A DNA stretch of 64,000 nucleotides, from positions 772 through 64,771 of the forward strand of contig WFSE01000116.1 in the NCBI GenBank assembly GCA_015486135.1, written 5' to 3'. Source of the stretch: Lentisphaeria bacterium. GTDB lineage: Bacteria > Verrucomicrobiota > Lentisphaeria > Victivallales > JAADHT01. Numbering within the stretch: the first letter of the stretch is position 1; each line of letters begins with the position of its first letter. Positions 1 through 9,252 of the stretch are shown here, in pieces. Below the pieces are notes generated by a model. That model made no database searches and was not told the origin of the DNA. It saw nothing but the letters and a program-made list of their open reading frames with translations. Both the position numbers and the translations under genes were made by a program.

Positions 1-272
1 TCCTTTCACACCGCGCAAGCCATTTTAGCGAAAAAAAAGATATTTTTTCCACGACCACGCCAACGGCGCGTTTTCAACCTCCAAACATGGAAGCGTTTCC
101 CATCTGGCGGGCATTTAAGCTAATCGCCCTTTGACATCGCGCAAGCGCCTTTGCGCTAAAAATTCTTGTTTTTTCTCAAAGATCGGTCATTCAGAGTCAA
201 AAAAACATGATTGCACCCTCCCCGCAAGGGCTGAATTGCTATTAAAAGCCTCCCGGACATACGCCAGAACGT

Positions 273-674
273 TCAATCATCCGCCAAAGCGTCAAGGGAG
301 ATGTGGGCGATTCTTGTATCGGGAGCGCCGCCCCCCCCCTTTCTGGCTATGTCGAATTTTCCCCGGACGACCGCACCGTCCCACTCGGGGACGCCGGATA
401 CGACCAGAACGTCGCCAGGCCCGGCGGGATTGTTGAATCGGGCTTTTTTGATTGAGCGTAGCGACAGCTTTTTGCGCGATATCCGCGAGATGGCGGCTAG
501 GGCGCATTGTGCCAGGCATACCCCCGGGACTATCGGAGCGCCGGGGAAATGCCCCGCGAAAACCGCGGAGGACTCCGGAAACGCGAATTCCGCGGAAATC
601 TTTCCCTCGGAATCCCGCTCCGCGCCGCGCATGGCGCGCTCCACTTCCTCTCTTATGCCCATAACGGCCTCCAT
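273..674 (-). CDS. FabZ/FabA-like hotdog-fold hydroxyacyl-ACP dehydratase family protein
   Basis: 133-aa [17 protein letters not shown] matches the His-containing HFPxxPxxPGV signature of FabZ-type dehydratases. Confidence 0.6.
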   Translation of the reverse strand: MEAVMGIREEVERAMRGAERDSEGKISAEFAFPESSAVFAGHFPGAPIVPGVCLAQCALAAISRISRKKLSLRSIKKARFNNPAGPGDVLVVSGVPEWDGAVVRGKFDIARKGGGGAPDTRIAHISLDALADD

Positions 675-682
675 TCAATTAG

Positions 683-996
683 GGGTCACTGAATAATTGT
701 TAAGTGCTTTATTTTCATTGGGTTAAATTTCTTTTTAGCGGTGTCATCTCCAAGTTTTTGGAAGCAATCCTCCCAGAAACCTTGGAGACGATTAATGTTC
801 TCCGCTCAATTTGAGGCACTTGCCAATTCCGCGACACACGTTCGTGTGATTTAAGGGTGTCCCGCGCTACGCTGGGACACCTATGTCCATCAGGCGCGAA
901 GCGTCCTTCCGCAAAGCCCGCAGGGTTCGCATAGCGAACGGAAGGATCGGCTTATTGCCTAGCCACTGACCCGTTCTCGACTTTTTCAGTAAACCC
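683..996 (-). mobile_element. Family-A MITE-like element, copy 1 (inverted relative to copy 2), no ORF
   Basis: Ends GGGTCACTGAATAATTG... and ...TTTTTCAGTAAACCC are inverted repeats. The 7-mer CAATTAG flanks it at 676-682 and 997-1003. It shares the TCTCCAAG..CCTTGGAGA core with the other copies. Confidence 0.75.
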
Positions 997-1170
997 CAAT
1001 TAGCTGTTGCAACTGGAGAAGCAAACGATACCGCGGTTTTTCCGTCACGCAATTCCGGAAATGCGCATGCGCGTCCGCGGTGCGCCGCCCTGCGTGTATT
1101 CCCGTGGTTGCTAGAGCGCCGCCAGGCGGCTACATTTTCTTTCAGGGAGCATTGGCGAGGAGGCGAGAAT

Positions 1171-2109
1171 ATGAGATATGGGATTATAGGTCTTGGCGCC
1201 ATCGGCGGATACTACGGCGGCCTGTTGGCCAAAGCGGGCTTGGATGTGTCGTTTCTAGCCAGGAGCGACTACCGGGTAGTCAAGGAGCGGGGCTTGGTGG
1301 TCGAATCCCCAGACGGCGATTTCCACCTGTCAAGGGTGGAGGTCCACGACAGCCCCGACGCGATGCCCGCGTGCGATGTCGCGGTTGTCGCGTTGAAAAC
1401 CACGGCCAACAGCATTCTCCCCGACGTGCTCCCCAAGGTTCTGAAAGATGGCGGGATCGTCGTCGCGCTTCAAAACGGCTTGGGTGTGGAGTCGGACGCC
1501 GCGGAGGCCGCGCCTAACGCCGGGGCCGTGTTTGGCGGCTTGTGCTTCATTTGTTCGGCCAAGACCGGACCGGGGCGAATTTGCCATCAGGATTACGGCC
1601 GTGTCGTCCTTGGGGAATTCCGTCCTGGATACGCCCCGGCGGGGGCGACGGCGGCGTTGGAGAGGATCGTCGATGATTTTAGTCGCGCTGGTATCGAGGT
1701 CGAACCGACCGGTGATTTGGGCGTGGCTCGCTGGAGGAAGCTGGTGTGGAATATTCCCTTTAATGGGTTGGCGGTTGTCCTCGATGCGACCACGGAGGAG
1801 ATATTATCGGACTCCCATTCCCGGAGTTTGGCCCGGACGTTGATGCTGGAAACGACCGCCGCCGCTCGGGCCGCCGGTTTCGACGTGAACGACGGCTTCG
1901 CCGACCAAATGATCTCCGACACCGAGCGGATGAAACCCTACAAACCCAGCATGAAGCTCGATTTCGAAGCGGGTAGGCCTTTGGAACTGGACGCCATCTA
2001 CTGGCGGCCCATAGCCGCCGCGGAAACCGCGGGCGGCGCGATGCCAGCGACAAAAGCCTTGGCGTCGCTTCTCGAGTTCATGTCGAAACACCGTCACGCA
2101 TCTGAATAA
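1171..2109 (+). CDS. panE: 2-dehydropantoate 2-reductase (ApbA/PanE family)
   Basis: N-terminal Rossmann motif MRYGIIGLGAIGGYYG. KPSMKLDFEAGRPLELD matches the conserved PanE C-terminal motif. The ATG at 1171 is preceded by GAGGAGG. Confidence 0.7.
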   Translation: MRYGIIGLGAIGGYYGGLLAKAGLDVSFLARSDYRVVKERGLVVESPDGDFHLSRVEVHDSPDAMPACDVAVVALKTTANSILPDVLPKVLKDGGIVVALQNGLGVESDAAEAAPNAGAVFGGLCFICSAKTGPGRICHQDYGRVVLGEFRPGYAPAGATAALERIVDDFSRAGIEVEPTGDLGVARWRKLVWNIPFNGLAVVLDATTEEILSDSHSRSLARTLMLETTAAARAAGFDVNDGFADQMISDTERMKPYKPSMKLDFEAGRPLELDAIYWRPIAAAETAGGAMPATKALASLLEFMSKHRHASE

Positions 2110-2137
2110 CAAGCCGCCATCCAGACAAGGCCCGAAG

Positions 2138-2560
2138 TCAGCGTGAGAAAAGCTCTTTAGCGCCGGGACGCGTAAGCGTGATGATGGTCAGCACACCCAG
2201 CACAGTCCCAAACGGTATGAACACGCATTCGATTCCGGCCATCACCAGGCAGAATGTATAATTGACGCGCCGGGACAGTTTCTTGCCGGCCACGAATATG
2301 GCGATCGCCAACGCCCAACCCAGGCATATGATTACCGCGGCGAAGAGCATGAAAAAGAGGCCGAAGAAAGCCGGGGGCGCATTCCCGCTATGATCGCCCA
2401 TCGATTTGGAGAAGATCGCCAATCCCACGATGAAGTGTATAATCGGGAAACACGCGAAAAGCGCGGTGATCCCGGCGACGACATAGTGGAATATCGATAG
2501 CAACCTCAAATGCTCTAAATCCCTTTTGGTGTTCCCATCACTGTTTTGCCGCTCTTCCAT
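2138..2560 (-). CDS. small integral membrane protein, unknown function
   Basis: About four hydrophobic helices. Start taken at MEERQ (ATG 2558-2560) with a GGAGGA RBS. The longer track ORF runs into the repeat. Confidence 0.55.
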   Translation of the reverse strand: MEERQNSDGNTKRDLEHLRLLSIFHYVVAGITALFACFPIIHFIVGLAIFSKSMGDHSGNAPPAFFGLFFMLFAAVIICLGWALAIAIFVAGKKLSRRVNYTFCLVMAGIECVFIPFGTVLGVLTIITLTRPGAKELFSR

Positions 2561-2579
2561 TTTATTCCTCCCTATGTTA

Positions 2580-2840
2580 GGGTTTACTGAAAAAGTCGGA
2601 AACGTGCCGATGATTAGGCGACGAGCCGACGGCGTGCTTTGCACTCCTAGGCGAAGGCAACGAGATCAGCGGTGCGTTTCCGGCTTTCCCGGAATTGGCA
2701 AGTGCCTCAAATTGAGCAAAGAACATTAGTCGTCTCCAAGGCCTTTGGGAGATCTGCTCCCAAAACCTTGGAGATGACAACACCAAAAAAGGCATTTAAC
2801 CCAATGACAATAAGGCACTTGCCAATTATTCAGTGAGCCC
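2580..2840 (+). mobile_element. Family-A MITE-like element, copy 2
   Basis: Left end GGGTTTACTGAAAAAGTCGG and the reverse complement of the right end GGGCTCACTGAATAATTGGC agree at 14 of 20 positions. A perfect 7-bp direct repeat TATGTTA lies at 2573-2579 and 2841-2847. No ORF. Confidence 0.8.
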
Positions 2841-2844
2841 TATG

Positions 2845-3768
2845 TTATCCCTCGACCAATCGCCGTCCGTTCCTCGGCAGAACGAAGGCGGCTTTATGCA
2901 ACTCCGAATCGTAATATTTCAGCGTTTCGAGCATCTCCGGCGACGGCGTTCTGGCGGGAACGCGGGGATCGCGGCCTAAAGACGCGACACACGCGCCGAT
3001 GTTACCGCCCGGATATGTCGGCACGAACATCGCGGCGTACGCGGCGTGGTTGAAAAGCCCCTTGCAAAGGTGGACCAGTTCCCTGACCACATCGCCATGG
3101 AGAAAAAACGATTCCGCTTGCGTGGCGACAACCCCGCCTTCCTTCAGCGCCCCTTTGAGAGCCTCGTAAAACGGTCTTTGAAACAACGCCTCGCCAGGGC
3201 CTATCGGATCGGATGAGTCCACCACGATCACGTCATACTCGTTCGACACCGATTTCAAATACTTGCTGCCATCCTTCACTATGACATTCACCCTCGGATC
3301 GTCGTAGCCGACCGCCATTCCCGGCAGGAAGCGCTTCGAGACATCGATTACCACCTCGTCGATCTCGCAGATATCCATTCGTTCGAGACAGTCGTGTTTG
3401 CCAAGTTCGCGGAGGACGCCTCCATCGCCGCCCCCCACCACCAGCGCCGTCTTCGGCGCGGGATGCGCGAACATCGGCAGATGCGACATCATCTCCTGAT
3501 ACGCGAACTCGTCCAGCTCGGTCGCTTGGATTATACCATCTAGGACAAGCATATTGCCGCAGGTCTTTGTCTTGTACACATCGACCCGCTGGTATTTCGT
3601 CCGCTCGGAGAAAAGAGTCTCCTCTACTTTAATCGACAGCGCCACCCCCTCCCACATCGGGGATATCTCCGAAAACCAACCTGATGCTATCTCGTCCATC
3701 ATAATCTTCACCAAATCGTAGACTTCCTCCACTTCAACTGAGCGAAACATAGCACCTAACGTCTTCAC
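2845..3768 (-). CDS. speE: spermidine synthase
   Basis: LVLDGIIQATELDEFAYQEMMSHLP and VVGGGDGGVLRE are classic SpeE motifs. Confidence 0.85.
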   Translation of the reverse strand: MKTLGAMFRSVEVEEVYDLVKIMMDEIASGWFSEISPMWEGVALSIKVEETLFSERTKYQRVDVYKTKTCGNMLVLDGIIQATELDEFAYQEMMSHLPMFAHPAPKTALVVGGGDGGVLRELGKHDCLERMDICEIDEVVIDVSKRFLPGMAVGYDDPRVNVIVKDGSKYLKSVSNEYDVIVVDSSDPIGPGEALFQRPFYEALKGALKEGGVVATQAESFFLHGDVVRELVHLCKGLFNHAAYAAMFVPTYPGGNIGACVASLGRDPRVPARTPSPEMLETLKYYDSELHKAAFVLPRNGRRLVEG

Positions 3769-3799
3769 GGACTAGCATTTGTAATGGAAAAACCGTGGG

Positions 3800-4040
3800 G
3801 ACCGCGCACGTTTTCGTGGTCTGAAGGTGCCCTTTTCCTTCCGAGCTTCGCTCCCGTCCGGGCTTTACGGAAGGATTGGGGCGCTTGCGTTCGTGTGGCT
3901 TGAATAAATCGATACTATCGACATTATCGATATATCGAGTTTTTTTCCCTCGCGGAGACGCGGAGGTCGTAAAGAAAGAGAGGGGAAATTCGTGGCCAAA
4001 ATCCAGGGACTTGCGAAATTAATGGCAAGTGGCATGTTGT
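3800..4040. repeat. mosaic intergenic repeat block (family C modules)
   Basis: ATCGAT-rich array at 3908-3939 and TTTTTCCCTCGCGGAGACGCGGAGG module at 3941-3985. TTCGTG motifs and the GGGACTTGCGA...GGCAAGTGG motif at 4006-4032. All recur at 5281-5460 and 22530-23011. Confidence 0.6.
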
Positions 4041-4094
4041 TCATTTCATAGGAGATTGGGGGGTGGGGTTATCCTGCCAAATCGGAGGTGGATT

Positions 4095-5273
4095 GTGAAA
4101 CGGCTCGTATATGTGTTTTGCGCTTTTATTCTGTTGTCAAATCTTCATGCTGACGATAAGACCGCTTCCGAAAAAGGATTGGAAATGCATGTCTGGGCGC
4201 CGGAAGGCTTGTCGGTAGGTCGACAATGCCCAGTACGCATAGAATTTACCAATAAAACAGACGGCGTATTGAGGATTCCGGTATATACTTTTGCTAATTT
4301 GGAAGTTGAACTCATATATGAACGGGAAGGGGTTGATTATGGCTTGAGATTTTCCTGTATGATTTTGCCTGCTACAAGGTACTACGCCGAATCATATCAG
4401 ACTTTGAAACCCCAAGAAAGCAAAACCTTCATAATTAAAATAGCGCCGGCTATACCTGGTAAAGCAACTATGGCTGTGCGTTACAGCAATTATAGGAATT
4501 CGATTATCGAAAAGATTTACTTGTGCAAAAAGAGAACTCAAAATAAAAGATTGTTTTCCCGTATGAGATGCCATGTTGTGAAAAGTGTTGACAATGTTTG
4601 GACGGGATCAGTTTCTTTAGAGATTCCGGTGAAAATGGATAAGAACGGGTACATGGAAGATTTCGCTAATCCCGGCAATACGGGCAATGCGATCTTGGAA
4701 ATAGAAAAAATCTGTGGTAGTGGCTATTGTTTCGGGGACGAATTGGTCGGCTATTTGAACTTCATAAAGGACAAAGACGCGGTCGCATATGTGTATGGAT
4801 TGAATAGACTCTCATTTCTTTTTCTCGAAGGCTTGGCGATGGATAAATTGAATTATTTGCTTGCTCGAGCGAAAGAGTCTAGCTTGCCGGCATCCTGTAG
4901 AAAGGTCATTCTCAGCGCGTTGGAGCCCTATGTGTACGACAACATATACGCGGTGAATTTAGGGGTGAATCGGAAATATATCAGAACGTCGAAGTCGGAG
5001 CGGGACTCCATAATGAGATGCGTGAAGCAACTTGCCGCTTCGGATGATAAGGAGATAGCCCGATACGCTGAAAAAATATTGGATCGACACAAAAGGGGAG
5101 ACGGCAAGTTCTTTCCAGGGGAGAAAATACAGTATATCCTGGACAAGCCCGCAACCCAAATCAGGGAGCTTAAGCCCTACATGGAGCCAAAACGTTATTA
5201 TCAAGAGGACATTGATAATGCGATAAAGAATAAAGAAATAGAAAGGCTCTGGGGAACCCCGTGGGGATACTAA
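4095..5273 (+). CDS. hypothetical secreted protein (AT-richer orphan)
   Basis: GTG at 4095 preceded by GGAGG. N-terminal hydrophobic signal VKRLVYVFCAFILLSNLHA. I recognise no family. Confidence 0.5.
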   Translation: MKRLVYVFCAFILLSNLHADDKTASEKGLEMHVWAPEGLSVGRQCPVRIEFTNKTDGVLRIPVYTFANLEVELIYEREGVDYGLRFSCMILPATRYYAESYQTLKPQESKTFIIKIAPAIPGKATMAVRYSNYRNSIIEKIYLCKKRTQNKRLFSRMRCHVVKSVDNVWTGSVSLEIPVKMDKNGYMEDFANPGNTGNAILEIEKICGSGYCFGDELVGYLNFIKDKDAVAYVYGLNRLSFLFLEGLAMDKLNYLLARAKESSLPASCRKVILSALEPYVYDNIYAVNLGVNRKYIRTSKSERDSIMRCVKQLAASDDKEIARYAEKILDRHKRGDGKFFPGEKIQYILDKPATQIRELKPYMEPKRYYQEDIDNAIKNKEIERLWGTPWGY

Positions 5274-5280
5274 CTTGTGT

Positions 5281-5460
5281 GGAGACGCGGTGTACGCATA
5301 GGCTGGGAGTAACCACGAATAAACACGAATGATGGGAGGCGATAAATCTGTCCACGAAATACACGAAAGGCACGAAAAGTTTTTCCTTTGCGCGCAAAGA
5401 AAATTAGTGTAGATTCGTGAAGATTAGTGGCTAAAATCCGGGGACTTGCGGGATCCGCGG
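5281..5460. repeat. mosaic intergenic repeat block (family C modules)
   Basis: CACGAAT at 5314 and 5324. CACGAAA at 5353, 5362 and 5371. ATTCGTG at 5413. GGGACTTGCGG at 5441-5451. Confidence 0.55.
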
Positions 5461-5484
5461 CTATTCCAAAGGGAAAACATATCA

Positions 5485-5943
5485 ATGAAAGCACTGGTTC
5501 AACGGGTGTCCGGGGCGTCTGTATCGGTGGATGGCGAGGTCATTGGCGACATCGGCAAGGGGCTTGTCGTGTTGCTCGGGGTGGCCCGCGGCGACACCGA
5601 AACGGATGCCGAATGGCTCGCCGACAAATGCGTCAACCTCCGGATATTCGACGACGGTGACGGGAAAATGAATTTGTCGCTCGCGGATATCGCGGGCGAG
5701 GCGTTGATAATATCCCAGTTCACGTTGTGCGGGAACGCCTCCAAAGGACGCAGGCCAAGCTACACCGACGCCGCTCCTCCGGATACCGCCATTCCGCTCT
5801 ACGAGAAGTTTGTCGGACTGGTCGAAAACGCTGGCATCGGAGTCGCCACGGGACGCTTCGGAGCGATGATGGAGGTGGAAATCCACAATTCCGGCCCCGT
5901 GACTCTGATGGTGGATTCGCGACTTCCGCGGAGACGCGGTTGA
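5485..5943 (+). CDS. dtd: D-aminoacyl-tRNA deacylase
   Basis: [21 protein letters not shown]..., SQFTL and NSGPVT motifs are typical of Dtd. Confidence 0.85.
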   Translation: MKALVQRVSGASVSVDGEVIGDIGKGLVVLLGVARGDTETDAEWLADKCVNLRIFDDGDGKMNLSLADIAGEALIISQFTLCGNASKGRRPSYTDAAPPDTAIPLYEKFVGLVENAGIGVATGRFGAMMEVEIHNSGPVTLMVDSRLPRRRG

Positions 5944-6019
5944 ATTCGCGTCTTCCCGACTGTAGGTTGGGCGGGGGGACAACTGGATTACGCATTTGGA
6001 ACTAGAGAAAGGAGAGTGG

Positions 6020-6529
6020 ATGATGAGGCGTGTGATGTCTATGATGATTGTTATGGTTGCGCTCACGGTGTTTGGTGCCGCCACGGTTAGAGCGGAGGGA
6101 GACAAACCCGTTGACAAGGAAAAATTGTCGGCGGCGATGGAGTTGTTGAAGGTAACGCAATTGGACAGGACACTCGAAAAACTGATCGTCAACAACGTCA
6201 ACTTTCAAATTCGGCAAAAACCCATGCTCGCTCCTTACAAGAAAGTTATGTTGAAGTTCTTCCGGAAATACATGTCTTGGGATAGCCTCAAAGACGAGAT
6301 AGCCGCGATTTACGTGGAGAAATTCACAACCGACGAATTAAAAGAGATAACGGCATTTTACAAAACACCGGCGGGGCAAAAGTTGGCTTTGATGGCCCCC
6401 GAGTTGTCAAAGTGTGGGGCTGAGCTTGGTGCTCAAAAAGTCCAAGCGCATATCACCGAGCTTAAAACGATGATCGCCGCCGAAGCCGCTAGAATTTCCA
6501 ATGAAAACGGTGCCGGAAGCGAGAAGTAG
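6020..6529 (+). CDS. periplasmic DUF2059-like protein
   Basis: Signal peptide followed by FTTDELKEITAFYKTPAGQK, which resembles the DUF2059 signature. Confidence 0.55.
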   Translation: MMRRVMSMMIVMVALTVFGAATVRAEGDKPVDKEKLSAAMELLKVTQLDRTLEKLIVNNVNFQIRQKPMLAPYKKVMLKFFRKYMSWDSLKDEIAAIYVEKFTTDELKEITAFYKTPAGQKLALMAPELSKCGAELGAQKVQAHITELKTMIAAEAARISNENGAGSEK

Positions 6530-6612
6530 GGCTCAAATAGTATGCATTCGTGTGATTTAAAGGTGCCCTCGCACGAAGACACGAAGCTAGAACATTTGGG
6601 GGGAATGGAAGA

Positions 6613-6867
6613 TCAATGCCCGAAGATGGCTTTTTCGGTGCGCGCCCTCTCCTTGCGTTCCCCATCGATTACTTTGTCAACGTCTTTACGTTCCGTGGGA
6701 TTCAATTCATCATTTATATTCGCCTTTTCCATAGCAGAGTCTTGGACATCTTCCCGATGCCACTCCTTCTCCTCTTTTGCCAACTCCCCCTGGAGGGTGG
6801 CGGAACAGGCTGCGGCGAAAAGAAGTGCTAGAGCAGCTAGGACCAACGACATGAGACCGTAACGCAT
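6613..6867 (-). CDS. small putative lipoprotein
   Basis: MRYGLMSLVLAALALLFAAAC has a lipobox-like LFAAAC. The rest is a charged, Glu/Lys-rich tail. Confidence 0.4.
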   Translation of the reverse strand: MRYGLMSLVLAALALLFAAACSATLQGELAKEEKEWHREDVQDSAMEKANINDELNPTERKDVDKVIDGERKERARTEKAIFGH

Positions 6868-6953
6868 TGGGCCAATATTTTTCAATACCCGCTGGAAAAC
6901 TGGGAGCTCCCGAGCAATTGGCGAGTGCGAACACATAAACCGTGGATTCCTTT

Positions 6954-7232
6954 TCATCCAGCGAAATCTCCCGAGCGAATTGTGCTTATGGCATCGTACA
7001 AGTCGCCCAGTGTTCTGACATCTCTAAAGACCTGAGTGGCATCTGTACGTATTTTCATGCCGAACGCCTTTTCCAAAGCGACAATCAGGTCAACGATGTC
7101 CAAACTATCGAGCTCCAAATCAGAAAAAAGCGCAGCGTCTTCGCATAGTTTATCCGGAGGGATTTCGAACTCTTTCTCGAGCACCTCGTTGACGATCCGC
7201 TCCAGTTCTTCTCTGGATGGGGTGTCGGACAT
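6954..7232 (-). CDS. acyl carrier protein-like protein
   Basis: 92 aa. LELDSLDIVDLIVALE matches the DSLD phosphopantetheine-attachment motif of ACPs. Confidence 0.65.
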   Translation of the reverse strand: MSDTPSREELERIVNEVLEKEFEIPPDKLCEDAALFSDLELDSLDIVDLIVALEKAFGMKIRTDATQVFRDVRTLGDLYDAISTIRSGDFAG

Positions 7233-7280
7233 AATGGGAAGCTCCCCCAGTAACTCGTTATGGCAGTACAGGACGCAGAG

Positions 7281-8642
7281 TCAACGCCGCCCCCGCAATC
7301 GACCATGTTTCATGAAACCATCATAATTACGCATAACCAGATGCGACTCCAACTGACTTAGGGTATCAAGCAAAACACCCACAATAATCAAGAGGCTCGT
7401 CCCTCCGAAAAACCTGGCGACGATGGGGGGTATTTTCAACGCCGAGTATAGGACCATCGGGAAAATAGCCAAAGCCGTAAGGAAAAGCGACCCCGCCAAT
7501 GTAATTCGGCTCATGGTATTATCCAGGAACTTTGCTGTTTCCTGGCCAGGCCGGATTCCCGGCAAATACGCACCCTCCTTCTTGAGGTTATCTGCAATTT
7601 TAAGAGGGTTGAACTGATTTGCCACCCAAAAATAGGAAAATACAATTATCAGTATTGCGTAAGTGAGCATGTAGCCAATATTGCCGTATCGGAAATAGTC
7701 GGCAAAACCTCTTGTGAATGGTATCCACGCTAAGGCCGGCAACAAAAAGGAAAGAATGGCACTGGCGAATATTATGGGCATCACACCAGCGTGATTGATT
7801 TTCAGTGGCATATAGGTGGTAGATCCGCCTTTCATCTTGGTCCCCACAGCCCGCTTCGCCATTTGAACCGGGATCCTACGTTGCCCTTGGGTGAGAAGAA
7901 TCGTAGCGGCCGTCACGGCGACAAATATAAGTACCAGTATCAAAGCCGTCACGAGACGGAAATTCCCTCCGGTGATCCCCCTCCCACTTTGAGCCATTCC
8001 GTACAATGTTCCCACAGCCCGAGGCAACCGCGCCACAATATTAACGGTGATTATCAAGGATATCCCTTGTCCAACCCCGTGCTTGGTAATCTGGTCTCCA
8101 AGCCATACCAACAACATGGTTCCAGCCGTTAGAATTATCACCGTCATAACCACGAAATAGGCGCTTCCAACAACAACCAAGTCGTGTTCGGGCTTTCTCA
8201 ATCCCAATTTCGAAGGGGAAAGCATGGCAGTAGCGGCCATGGCACCCTGAACAATGCAGATAATAACCGTGAGATACCGCGTGTACTGATTTATTTTTTG
8301 TCTTCCGACATCGCCTTGACGCTGCAGCTTCTCCAACGCAGGGAGCACAGGGGTTAGCAATGTTAGTATAATCGAGGCCGAAATATATGGCATTATGCCC
8401 AAGGTAGCGATGGCGAACTTCTGCAACGCACCCCCACTGAAAAGGTTGTATATCCCCAAAACGCCACCGTCTCCACCACTTGCTTTGCTCACGGTATGGA
8501 AGTAGTCGGACAACGCCTGTGGATCCACGCCAGGACACGGAATAGTGGCCGCCATGCGACAAAGGATTATGACCCCGGCCACGAAAAGCATGCGGGAACG
8601 GAGTTCCTTGACCTTGAAGCTATTTATAAACGCCGAGAACAT
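7281..8642 (-). CDS. secY: preprotein translocase subunit SecY
   Basis: 453 aa with 10 TM helices. GIMPYISASII motif, and position downstream of rplO. Confidence 0.95.
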   Translation of the reverse strand: MFSAFINSFKVKELRSRMLFVAGVIILCRMAATIPCPGVDPQALSDYFHTVSKASGGDGGVLGIYNLFSGGALQKFAIATLGIMPYISASIILTLLTPVLPALEKLQRQGDVGRQKINQYTRYLTVIICIVQGAMAATAMLSPSKLGLRKPEHDLVVVGSAYFVVMTVIILTAGTMLLVWLGDQITKHGVGQGISLIITVNIVARLPRAVGTLYGMAQSGRGITGGNFRLVTALILVLIFVAVTAATILLTQGQRRIPVQMAKRAVGTKMKGGSTTYMPLKINHAGVMPIIFASAILSFLLPALAWIPFTRGFADYFRYGNIGYMLTYAILIIVFSYFWVANQFNPLKIADNLKKEGAYLPGIRPGQETAKFLDNTMSRITLAGSLFLTALAIFPMVLYSALKIPPIVARFFGGTSLLIIVGVLLDTLSQLESHLVMRNYDGFMKHGRLRGRR

Positions 8643-8737
8643 GGTCGATATGCCTTGTGATTACTACAATCCACCTTCAACATTTAGGGAACAAACCAAG
8701 ACAGCCGGCTAGAATTACGGTCAAATACCAGCAATCG

Positions 8738-9181
8738 TCACTCGACCACGCATTGCCCACCAGCGGCTTCTATTTTCTCTTTCGCCGTCTTGGAGAACTT
8801 GGCCACCTTCACCGTCAGTTTTTTGGACAACTCGCCATTTGCTAGAACCTTGACCGGTAGGTCGTTCTTGCGGATGACTCCCCTGTCCCTAAGGAGCTCC
8901 GGAGTCACCTCGTCCCCCGATTCGAAAAATTTTTCAAGGACCGAGACATTCACCAAGTTGTACTCCTTATGGGAGGGATGATTGAACCCTCGCTTCGGTA
9001 TTCGCCGGAAAAGTGGAATCTGACCCCCTTCGAAATGTGGACGGATAACAGATCCGGACCTGGATTTCTGGCCCTTTTCGCCCCTTCCGCAGGTGCGTCC
9101 CAAGCCAGAGGAATCGCCTCTACCGACTCTCTTCCTCTTGCGGGTCGCTCCCGGCGCCGGACGTAATTCGTGCAATTTCAT
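8738..9181 (-). CDS. rplO: 50S ribosomal protein L15
   Basis: [22 protein letters not shown]. The ATG at 9181 is preceded by AGGAG. Confidence 0.9.
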   Translation of the reverse strand: MKLHELRPAPGATRKRKRVGRGDSSGLGRTCGRGEKGQKSRSGSVIRPHFEGGQIPLFRRIPKRGFNHPSHKEYNLVNVSVLEKFFESGDEVTPELLRDRGVIRKNDLPVKVLANGELSKKLTVKVAKFSKTAKEKIEAAGGQCVVE

Positions 9182-9252
9182 GATCAAACTCCTGATAATC
9201 AGTCGACGGGCAATGCGTTTAGCGGAACGCAACCCGTCCATTCAACATCCTG

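Noticed and set aside
1-272. Two similar hairpin-containing segments (CACACCGCGCAAGCCATTTTAGCGAAAAAA near 7-40 and GACATCGCGCAAGCGCCTTTGCGCTAAAAA near 133-165), the second followed by a T-rich run
   Set aside because: There are only two imperfect copies at the window edge. The second could be an intrinsic terminator for a plus-strand gene outside the window, but no gene context is visible to support a call.
5482-6201. 239-aa minus-strand ORF, and similar ones at 14861-15712, 14886-15476, 15524-15982, 16815-17398, 17758-18351, 33017-33673, 37782-38450 and 45751-46398
   Set aside because: Each overlaps a confidently identified gene on the opposite strand (dtd, the coiled-coil gene, htpG, rpsB, the ABC ATPase, the fucosidase, rpoN) and has no motif support.
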